The notes under the pieces were generated by a model that worked only from the letters and a program-made list of their open reading frames with translations, ran no database searches and was not told the origin of the DNA. This document shows, in pieces, positions 36,513 to 43,926 of a DNA stretch of 46,368 bases (its first letter is position 1; every line of letters begins with the position of its first letter). Location of the stretch: NCBI GenBank assembly GCA_965649225.1, contig CBFGJX010000021.1:1-46368 (forward strand), read 5' to 3'. Source of the stretch: a candidate division WOR-3 bacterium (GTDB lineage Bacteria > Hydrothermota > Tepidihabitantia > Tepidihabitantales > Tepidihabitantaceae). Position numbers and translations under genes: made by a program.

Positions 36513-37817
36513 GTGCTGAGAGGTCTGTTTTTTCTGCTGCTGCTGGCAAGTTTCACTCTGGCGCAGGACGGGTCCGGGTTTTCTTCGCCGGCGTTTTCTT
36601 CGCCGGCGGCTTCGGCCGCGGCGAGTGCCATCGGGTTGTCCGCGACGCCGCTTTCGCCGCTGGTGGGCGTGGAAAGTCCGATTATTTCCGAGACCTATGT
36701 GCTGATGCCGGGGGATAAGCTGCTGGTGACCGTTTCCGGCGGCGTGACCTATTCCTACAACACCTGGATTACCTACGAGGGGAAGATTACCGTCAATATT
36801 CCCCAGCTGGATGTGGTGGATGTGGTGTCGGTGAGCGGGCTGACGATGCAGGCGGCGCAGGATACGCTGACCGCAGTGATGCGCCGGTTTTTCAAGGGCG
36901 TGAATGTGAAGCTGACGCTCACCGGTCTGCGGTCGGGGATCGTGTTTCTCACCGGCGAGGTGCAGAATCCCGGCGCCTATAATGCGTCGCCGGTGGAGCG
37001 GGTGTCGCAGATTATCGCCCGCGCCGGCGGTCTTTCGCCGCTGGGGTCGAAGTCGCGGATTCAGCTAATCCGGGTGGGGAAGCTACATTCAATCGTCAAT
37101 ATCGAGCGGTTCGAGGCGAATGGCGATCTGCTGGCGAATCCGTTTGTGGAGTCGGGGGATGTGATTTATGTGCCGCCGGTGGAGGCGCTGGTGACCGTGA
37201 AGGGCGCGGTGTTCGGCCGCGGCGAGTACCGGCTGCGCACTTCGGCGCTGACGACCGAGAAGGAGCGGATGAGCGAGGGTATCTATGAGCTGCTGCCGGG
37301 CGAGAATGTGTTCAACATCATTTCCCGCGCCGGCGGGATTACGCCCTGGGCCGATCTTTCCAACAGCTATATCGAGCGGCTGGTGGTGGGCGGCAATGGC
37401 CAGCGCCGCCGGATTCCGGTTGATCTGCGCAAGGTGATTTACGAGCAGGATTCGCTGAACAATATCGCGATGATGAATTCCGATGTGCTGGTGGTGCCGG
37501 CGTTTCCGACGAAGGTGTATGTCGAGGGCGAGGTGGCCCAGCCGTCGGCCTGCGAGTATCAGCCGAATCTGCGCGCTTCGGAGTATATCGGCATGGCCGG
37601 CGGCCCGACCTACAATGGTAATCCCCACGCCGGCTGGATTCTGCGCAATGGCCGCCGGATTTCGCTGCGCAGCGACCCGGTGGTGGAGGCGGGCGATATT
37701 ATCCGCGTGCCGCGGGTGGGGCTGAAGTGGTGGCAGGACTACGTGGAGATTATTTCGTCGGTGGTGATTCCGGTCGCCACGATCGTGGTGACGCTGGCGA
37801 TTTCTTCCGGGAACTAG
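36513..37817 (+). CDS. Polysaccharide export protein with SLBB domains (Wza/KpsD-like)
   Basis: 'YVLMPGDKL', 'GEVQNPGAY', 'IARAGG', 'GDVIYVP', 'VEAGDIIRVP', C-terminal amphipathic/TM helix. GTG 5 nt after TTGACT-N16-TACAAT. Confidence 0.85.
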   Translation: MLRGLFFLLLLASFTLAQDGSGFSSPAFSSPAASAAASAIGLSATPLSPLVGVESPIISETYVLMPGDKLLVTVSGGVTYSYNTWITYEGKITVNIPQLDVVDVVSVSGLTMQAAQDTLTAVMRRFFKGVNVKLTLTGLRSGIVFLTGEVQNPGAYNASPVERVSQIIARAGGLSPLGSKSRIQLIRVGKLHSIVNIERFEANGDLLANPFVESGDVIYVPPVEALVTVKGAVFGRGEYRLRTSALTTEKERMSEGIYELLPGENVFNIISRAGGITPWADLSNSYIERLVVGGNGQRRRIPVDLRKVIYEQDSLNNIAMMNSDVLVVPAFPTKVYVEGEVAQPSACEYQPNLRASEYIGMAGGPTYNGNPHAGWILRNGRRISLRSDPVVEAGDIIRVPRVGLKWWQDYVEIISSVVIPVATIVVTLAISSGN

Positions 37818-38253
37818 TTTCGGTCAGACGGTCGAGTTTTTTTACCCGGCGGCGATGCCGGCCGCCGGCAAAGGGCGTCAAAAGCCACACCCGGACGATT
37901 TTCGCCGCCTGCGCCGGCTGGATGTAGTCGGCGCCCAGACACAGGATATTGGCGTCGTTGTGCTGGCGCGCAAGCCGCGCCCGCCTGAGGTCGCACACCA
38001 GCGCCGCCCGCACGCCCCGAAAGCGATTGGCCGCGATGGTCATGCCGATGCCGCTGGCGCAGATGAGTATTCCCCGCCCGGCCCGGCGCGCGGCCACCGC
38101 GCCGGCGACTTTTTGCGCGATGTCGGGGTAGTCAACCGGTTCGGTGCTGTCGGTGCCGCAATCCAGCAGCCGGTGTCCCTGCCGCTTCAGCCGGCGGCAG
38201 AGGTACTGTTTGAGCGCGAGGCCGCGGTGGTCGGCGCCGAGAGCGATGCGCAT
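37750..38253 (-). CDS. rpiB: Ribose-5-phosphate isomerase B
   Basis: MRIALGADHRG, DYPD, GILICASGIGM, ARQHNDANILCLG, FAGGRHRRRV; start coupled to the ilvE stop. Confidence 0.93.
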   Translation of the reverse strand: MRIALGADHRGLALKQYLCRRLKRQGHRLLDCGTDSTEPVDYPDIAQKVAGAVAARRAGRGILICASGIGMTIAANRFRGVRAALVCDLRRARLARQHNDANILCLGADYIQPAQAAKIVRVWLLTPFAGGRHRRRVKKLDRLTETSSRKKSPASPRSWRPESPPTK

Positions 38254-39188
38254 CAGCCCGGTCGCACCGGCACCAGCCAGCCGTAGCGGTCCGGGCTGCG
38301 GCCTTCGATGATGGCGAAGAAGGCGTCCTGCAAGGCCCGGGTGACCGGCCCGCAGCGGCCCGAGCCGATAACGATTTTGTCCACCGAGCGAATCGGCGTG
38401 ACTTCGGCGGCACTGCCGGTGAAAAAGACTTCGTCGGCGATGTAGAGCATTTCCCGCAGCATCATCGTTTCGACCACTTTGTAGCCGAGGTCGCGCGCGA
38501 GCGTGATGATCGTGTGGCGGGTGATGCCGGGCAGGATTGTGGCGTGCAGCGGCGGGGTGTGAATGACGCCGTCCTTGACGATGAAGAGGTTTTCGCCCGA
38601 ACCTTCGGAAAGGAAGCCGTTGGCGTCCAGCGCGATGCCTTCGACAAAGCCGTATTTGATTGCCTCCATCTTGATGAGCTGGGAGTTGGCGTAGTTGGCG
38701 CAGGTCTTGGACATCGCCGGAAAGGTGTTGGGCGCCATCCGGTTCCACGACGATACCATCACGTCCACTCCCTGCTCCAGCGCTTCCGGGCCAAGGTATT
38801 TGCCCCAGTACCAGGTAATCAGCGCCACGTCCACCGGGCAGGCGAACGGGTTGACGCCGAGTTCGTTGTAGCCGCGGTAAACGATTGGCCGGATGTAGCA
38901 TTCCTCGTGTTCGTTGCGGCGGATGAGTTCCAGCGTTGCGGCGTTGACCTCGTCCTGAGTGTAGGGAATGTCCATCCGGTAAATCTTCGCCGAGTTGAAC
39001 AGCCGCCGGGTGTGGTCGGCGAGCCGGAACACCGCCGGCCCGGCCGGAGTCTTGTAGCAGCGCACACCCTCGAACACGCCCGAACCGTAGTGAATCACGT
39101 GCGAGCAGATGTGAATCTTGGCATCGTCCCAGCCGACGAACCGGCCGTTCATCCAGATGTAGCGGGACTTTTTCTCTTCCAGGCCCAT
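38253..39188 (-). CDS. ilvE: Branched-chain amino acid aminotransferase
   Basis: HVIHYGSGVFEG, YIRP, KTCANY, SEGSGEN, ILPGITR, ADEVFFTGSAAEVTPI. Confidence 0.95.
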   Translation of the reverse strand: MGLEEKKSRYIWMNGRFVGWDDAKIHICSHVIHYGSGVFEGVRCYKTPAGPAVFRLADHTRRLFNSAKIYRMDIPYTQDEVNAATLELIRRNEHEECYIRPIVYRGYNELGVNPFACPVDVALITWYWGKYLGPEALEQGVDVMVSSWNRMAPNTFPAMSKTCANYANSQLIKMEAIKYGFVEGIALDANGFLSEGSGENLFIVKDGVIHTPPLHATILPGITRHTIITLARDLGYKVVETMMLREMLYIADEVFFTGSAAEVTPIRSVDKIVIGSGRCGPVTRALQDAFFAIIEGRSPDRYGWLVPVRPG

Positions 39189-39280
39189 CTATCCTCCCGG
39201 GTAGAAAAAACGGGGCCGAACGCCCCCGCGCTTTGCAAATAACCGGACGATAAGCACCAGTCGCCTGACCATGCGTCCAG

Positions 39281-39353
39281 TGCCGGCGGAGGGAATCGAA
39301 CCCCCGACACACGGATTATGATTCCGTTGCTCTGCCAACTGAGCTACGCCGGC
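39281..39353 (-). tRNA. tRNA with CAT anticodon, probably elongator tRNA-Met; CCA not encoded
   Basis: GCCGGCG-TA-GCTC AGTTGGCA GAGC-A-ACGGA AT CAT AA TCCGT-GTGTC-GGGGG TTCGATT CCCTC-CGCCGGC-A. G1-C72 pairing argues against initiator; Ile2 not fully excluded. Promoter TTGACA-N16-TAGAAT at 39427-39400. Confidence 0.93.
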
Positions 39354-39453
39354 GGGTTGCAGATCAAAACTGCGTTGCCTGAAACTTTTACCGCCGGCCA
39401 TTCTAGCCGTCCGCCGTGTGCTGTCAAATCCCCGCCACCTCCCCCCCCCCCCA

Positions 39454-39578
39454 CTTTTGCCTTTTGACTTTTGGCTTTTGGCCTTTGACTTCTGCCCTCT
39501 GTCTTTTCCCTTCTGACTTTTGACCTTTGGCCTTTGCCTTTTGGCTTTTGACTTCTGCCCTTTTGCCTTTCTGCCTTC
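39454..39578. repeat. Heptamer tandem repeat array (about 17 units), preceded by a C12 run
   Basis: CTTTTGC CTTTTGA CTTTTGG CTTTTGG CCTTTGA CTTCTGC CCTCTGT CTTTTCC CTTCTGA CTTTTGA CCTTTGG CCTTTGC CTTTTGG CTTTTGA CTTCTGC ... Confidence 0.9.
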
Positions 39579-39607
39579 TTGACCCCGGTCCGCAGTGGTT
39601 TTATACT
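39579..39607 (+). promoter_or_regulatory. sigma70-type promoter
   Basis: TTGACC-N17-TATACT upstream of the 39695 gene. Confidence 0.55.
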
Positions 39608-39694
39608 TTTGCGGGCAGTCGGCCGGGCCGCGGCACGGTCGGTGCCCCTGCTGTCAATTCCGGCCGGCGCTGTCCTGACCAAGAGGAGGTAGCT

Positions 39695-42600
39695 ATGGTT
39701 TCGGCCCGTCGTTTTTCCCTGTTGCTGCTTTGCTGCGCCGCGGCGCTCTCTGCCGTTCCTCTCCCCGCCGACTGCTACGGCACTGCCGGCTACGAACGCG
39801 CCCGCGCCATCGCGCCGGCGCCGGACAACGGCTGGTATCTCGCCGGCACCAGCGTCGCCGGTTCGAGCAGCGACACCAATCTGCTGGTCATCCGGGTTGA
39901 CTCGCTCGGCAATCCGCTCTGGGCCCGCACCAACCTCGCCCGCGCTTCGGGTGAAGGCGCCGATGTCGTCGCTTCGGCGGTAACCGACGCCGACGGCGGC
40001 GTGGTGCTGGCCGGCTGGACCTCCTCTTACGGTGCGTTCCGGCCGCCGGCTTATCCCCAGAACAGCGACATTCTGCTTTGCAAGCTCGACCCTGCCGGCA
40101 ACCTCGTCTGGGGCCGCACCTTCGGCCGCAGCGGCAACGACCGCGCCTGGTCGGTTGCCCGCACCACCACCAGCCCCGGCTTCATCATCGCCGGCTCCAC
40201 CGACTCCGGGCCGAACCAGCAAATCATCGTCATCAAAACCGACCCGCTCGGCAACCGGCTCTGGCAGCGTCGCTACACCTTCGGCGGCGCCCGGCAGGAA
40301 GCGCTCGGCATCGTCGAAACCCGCGACCCGAGCTTCCGCTATGCCGTCTGCGGCCGGGCAAACATCAATTCTCCCAACGACTACGACGCCTGGCTGATGA
40401 CCCTTGACAGCGTCGGCAATCCGCTCTGGCCCTGGGGTGCGCTGACAATCGAAGGCACCGGTGACGACGAGGCCTGGTCGGTGGTCGCCCTGCCCGGCTT
40501 CATCACCGTCGCCGGCTGGTCCAACTCGTTCGGCACCGGCGGCGGCCCCGACGCCGACATCCTCGTCTTTCACTCCAACCTGGGCGGCTCGATGCTCAAC
40601 CCGCGCGTCATCGGCTGGGCCGGATTCGAAGAAAAACTCACCGGCGACCGGGCGCTGGTCGGCGATTCGCTCTCCACCCGCTCGACGCTGGCCGGCTGGA
40701 CCTATGCCAAAGGCTCGGGCACGCCCGTCCACCCCAACATGCTGATAATGCGGATTGACGGCGGCTCCAACGCGATTCCCTGGTCGCGCCTGCACCCCTC
40801 GATTCCGGGCGAACTCGCCGAACAGGCCCACGCCATCGCCCGCACCGCCACCGGCTATGGCATCGCCGGCTGGACTTCAAGCCACTGGACAACCGGCAAC
40901 GAAGACTTTCACTTCGTCACCCTCGACACGCTCGGCAACCGGCCCTTCTGCACGCTTGATTCCACCCCGCTGGTGCGCGCCGTCACCGGCACCATCGACA
41001 CGCTCTATTCCGAACCGGCCGCGCTCACCGACAGCAACTTTGCCACTGCCCCGGCCACCATCGGCTACAATGTCATCTGCACCCTCTCGGTGGCGGTGGC
41101 CGATGTCGGCGTCAGCCAGATTGTCGCGCCCGCCGGCACGATCGATTCCGGCACTGTGGTCACCCCGGCCTGCTCGCTGGACAACTTCGGCCCGGTGGCG
41201 GCCGACTACTCGGTGCGCTGTCGCATCGGCGGCTTCTACGACGAAACCGCCACGGTCAGCGGCCATGCGCCCGGCAGCCGGATTGGCCTTGTCTTCCCGG
41301 CCTGGATTGCCGCGCCGGTCGGCGGCCCCTGGGGCGTCACCTGCTCCACCGAACTCGCCGGCGACCCCAACAGTGCCAACAACCGCGCCATCGGCTCGGT
41401 GATTGTCCGCCGGCCCGGCGGCCGCGACGTCGGCGTCACCGTCATTCTCGCCCCGGCCGGCATGACCGACTCCGGCACCTCGGTCACCCCCGCCTGCTCG
41501 GTGCGCAACTATGGCGCCAACGCCGAAACCTACCCGGTCCGGCTGCGCATCGGCTCGGCCTACAACCAGACCGTCACCGTCACCAACCATCAGCCCGGCA
41601 CCACCGTCCAGCTCACCTTCCCGGCCTGGATTGCCGCGCCGGTCGGCCCGGTCGCGGTTTCCTGCTCCACCGAACTGGACGGCGACGACACCCCGGCCAA
41701 CGACCGCGCCACCGGCTCGGTGCTGGTGCTGCGCCGCGGCGCCGATGTCGGCGTCACCCGCATCACCGCTCCGGCCGGCGTCGTCCCGCTCGGCAACATC
41801 CTCGCCCCGGCCTGCTCGGTCTTCAACTTTGGCAACACCACCGCCGCCTACAACCTCCGCTTTGTCACCTCCTCCGGCTACGACGCGCAGGTGGCGGTCA
41901 GCGGCCACGCGCCCGGCACCGCCCGCCAGGTCCTGCTGCCGGCCTGGACCGCCGGCCCGGCCGGCGACGTCTACCTTTCGGCCTGGACTCTGCTCGCCGG
42001 CGACATCCAGCCGGCCAACGACACCAGCCGCGACACCTGTCGGGTTGTCGCCAGCGGCACCTCATTCGGCTGGCTGGAAGTCGCGCCGATGCCGCTCGCG
42101 CCCTCGGGCAAGACCGTCAAGGACGGCGGCTGGCTCGCCTACAACCCGGCCAACGGCCTGCTCTACGCCGCCAAAGGCAACAAGACCGGCGACTTCTATG
42201 CCTACGACCCCGGCCACGACAACTGGCTCTTCCTGCCGCTCGTCCCCGACGGCGTCGAAGGCAGACCGGTCGGCAAAGGCGCCGCCGGCACCACCGACGG
42301 CAACACCCGGCTCTTCTGCGTCAAGGGCAACAACACTGTCGGCTTCTGGCGCTTCGCGGTTGACAGCGCGGTCTGGCGGCCGCTGGCCGACGTGCCGCTC
42401 GGCCCGTCCAACAAACGGGTCAAGGGCGGCGGCGATCTCGTCTATGTCAACGGCCCGGAGGGCGAACACGTCTATCTCCTCAAAGGCGTCAAGAACGAGT
42501 TCTGGCGCTACACCGTCGCCGGCGACTCCTGGCTCAAGCTTCCCGATGCCCCGGCCCGGCCCAGCCCGAAATACGACCGCGGCTCGTTTCTGGTCGCCGA

Positions 42601-43309
42601 CAACGCCGGCGGCATCTATGTCCACAAGGCCAGAACCCACGAACTCTACCGCTTCGACATTGTCCGCAACGAGTGGGACACCCTGCCCCGGCTCGCCGGC
42701 ATGCCCCTGCTCAGCCGCTCCGGCCAGTCCAAACGCTCCAAAGACGGCGGCTGCGGCAGCTGGTATCAGAACGGCATCTATGCGCTCAAAGGCGGCAACA
42801 CCCAGGAGTTCTGGTACTGGTCCGCGCCCGACAACCGCTGGAGCGAACTGGACACGATTCCCGCCTTCGGCAACACCGGCCGCAAAAAGCGCATCAAAGC
42901 CGGCGCCGACATCGCCGCGGTCGGCAGCGGCCTGTTCTATGCCCTCAAAGGCAACAAGACCGCCGAACTCTGGCGCTACCTTCTGCCGCTTGCGCCCGAC
43001 CTCCTGCCGCCCGTCACCCCGACCACGGCCGTCAGCACTGCCGGGGTCGCGCGGCCGGCCCTTGTCACCATCACGCCCAACCCGCTGGCAGGCGGCACGG
43101 CAGTGCTGCGCTGGACGCTGCCCCGGCCCGGACCGGCCACAATCAAGGTCTTCGACATCACCGGCCGGACCGTGCTTGTCCGCAGCCTGAGCGCCGGCCG
43201 CAGCGGGGCCACCGGCCTCGACCTGCGCCGCCTGAGTGCGGGGGTGTATCTGGTGCAGTTTACCGCTGGCAGTTGCACCAGCACCCACAAGCTCGTCATC
43301 GAGCGCTAG
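39695..43309 (+). CDS. Large secreted multidomain protein: beta-propeller + three CARDB-like Ig repeats + Kelch-like propeller + T9SS-like CTD
   Basis: GAGGAGG RBS; signal peptide; 'DSLGNPLW' blades; three 'DVGV..I.APAG...PACS..N.G' repeats; 'YA.KGNKT.(E/D)F(W/Y).Y' Kelch-like repeats; C-terminal 'ITPNP...VFDITGRTV...LSAGVYLV...HKLVIER'. Confidence 0.85.
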   Translation: MVSARRFSLLLLCCAAALSAVPLPADCYGTAGYERARAIAPAPDNGWYLAGTSVAGSSSDTNLLVIRVDSLGNPLWARTNLARASGEGADVVASAVTDADGGVVLAGWTSSYGAFRPPAYPQNSDILLCKLDPAGNLVWGRTFGRSGNDRAWSVARTTTSPGFIIAGSTDSGPNQQIIVIKTDPLGNRLWQRRYTFGGARQEALGIVETRDPSFRYAVCGRANINSPNDYDAWLMTLDSVGNPLWPWGALTIEGTGDDEAWSVVALPGFITVAGWSNSFGTGGGPDADILVFHSNLGGSMLNPRVIGWAGFEEKLTGDRALVGDSLSTRSTLAGWTYAKGSGTPVHPNMLIMRIDGGSNAIPWSRLHPSIPGELAEQAHAIARTATGYGIAGWTSSHWTTGNEDFHFVTLDTLGNRPFCTLDSTPLVRAVTGTIDTLYSEPAALTDSNFATAPATIGYNVICTLSVAVADVGVSQIVAPAGTIDSGTVVTPACSLDNFGPVAADYSVRCRIGGFYDETATVSGHAPGSRIGLVFPAWIAAPVGGPWGVTCSTELAGDPNSANNRAIGSVIVRRPGGRDVGVTVILAPAGMTDSGTSVTPACSVRNYGANAETYPVRLRIGSAYNQTVTVTNHQPGTTVQLTFPAWIAAPVGPVAVSCSTELDGDDTPANDRATGSVLVLRRGADVGVTRITAPAGVVPLGNILAPACSVFNFGNTTAAYNLRFVTSSGYDAQVAVSGHAPGTARQVLLPAWTAGPAGDVYLSAWTLLAGDIQPANDTSRDTCRVVASGTSFGWLEVAPMPLAPSGKTVKDGGWLAYNPANGLLYAAKGNKTGDFYAYDPGHDNWLFLPLVPDGVEGRPVGKGAAGTTDGNTRLFCVKGNNTVGFWRFAVDSAVWRPLADVPLGPSNKRVKGGGDLVYVNGPEGEHVYLLKGVKNEFWRYTVAGDSWLKLPDAPARPSPKYDRGSFLVADNAGGIYVHKARTHELYRFDIVRNEWDTLPRLAGMPLLSRSGQSKRSKDGGCGSWYQNGIYALKGGNTQEFWYWSAPDNRWSELDTIPAFGNTGRKKRIKAGADIAAVGSGLFYALKGNKTAELWRYLLPLAPDLLPPVTPTTAVSTAGVARPALVTITPNPLAGGTAVLRWTLPRPGPATIKVFDITGRTVLVRSLSAGRSGATGLDLRRLSAGVYLVQFTAGSCTSTHKLVIER

Positions 43310-43327
43310 AACTCCTGACCGCAGCAG

Positions 43328-43351
43328 CGCGGGGCGGCATGCCGCCCCGCG
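43328..43351 (+). terminator. Palindromic hairpin, putative terminator
   Basis: CGCGGGGCGGCATGCCGCCCCGCG followed by TTCGCTTTGT, about 20 nt after the stop at 43309. Confidence 0.6.
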
Positions 43352-43534
43352 TTCGCTTTGTCAGTTACACCCGACAACCACCACCGTCAACCCGTGCCTC
43401 ACCGCCCCCGCCCGCCGCAGCAGACATTTCACTGCCCGCTTCAGCCCAGCCTCGCCGCCGCCACCGCCCGGCCCGCAGCCGCTGGCCAGACCCTCCGGTG
43501 ACGGACGATCGATTCCCCCTGACGGTCACCCAAA

Positions 43535-43563
43535 TTGCATGAACCTGCTTTTTGTGTTATAAT
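43535..43563 (+). promoter_or_regulatory. Strong sigma70-type promoter (extended -10)
   Basis: TTGCAT-N17-TATAAT with TG at the extended -10 position, in an AT-rich patch. Confidence 0.6.
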
Positions 43564-43926
43564 TTTTCTCTGTGGGTTTGACTGGGCCCACGGTTACATC
43601 CTGGACAATCGACAACTGAACAGAATCAGTGAGGCGACAGCATGCATCGAGAGTGTACTGGATTGTCGCCGGCAGCGCCCGTGCCGACGACACCCGGCCT
43701 GGTTCGAAGCCGGGGCAGAATGACCGACCGCGGGCAAAAACCTGTTTCGCGCCCTGGCCAATCCCGCCCACCGGACCGGGACGGCAGCCTGGCTGTGGGC
43801 GCGCTCAGCCTTGACGTCGCCGACCGGCACGCCGGCGACTGTCTCGCGCCGCCCGGGGCCGCCGGGCACATCGTCACGATCCGGTCCGCAAAAAGAATCA
43901 CAACCCAAAGCCACGAGGAGGAAAGC

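Noticed and set aside
38254..39312. Long N-terminal extension of the rpiB ORF (520 aa)
   Set aside because: Alternative frame over ilvE and part of the tRNA; RpiB homology begins at ATG 38253.
39454..39578. CRISPR array or mobile-element end next to the tRNA
   Set aside because: The units are contiguous 7-mers without spacers; there are no cas or integrase genes and no duplicated tRNA 3' end in the window.
43725..43810. c-di-GMP-I riboswitch suggested by GGGCAAAAACC...GGGACG
   Set aside because: Lacks the GNRA-capped P2 stem and the downstream GCAAAGC/P3 pattern.
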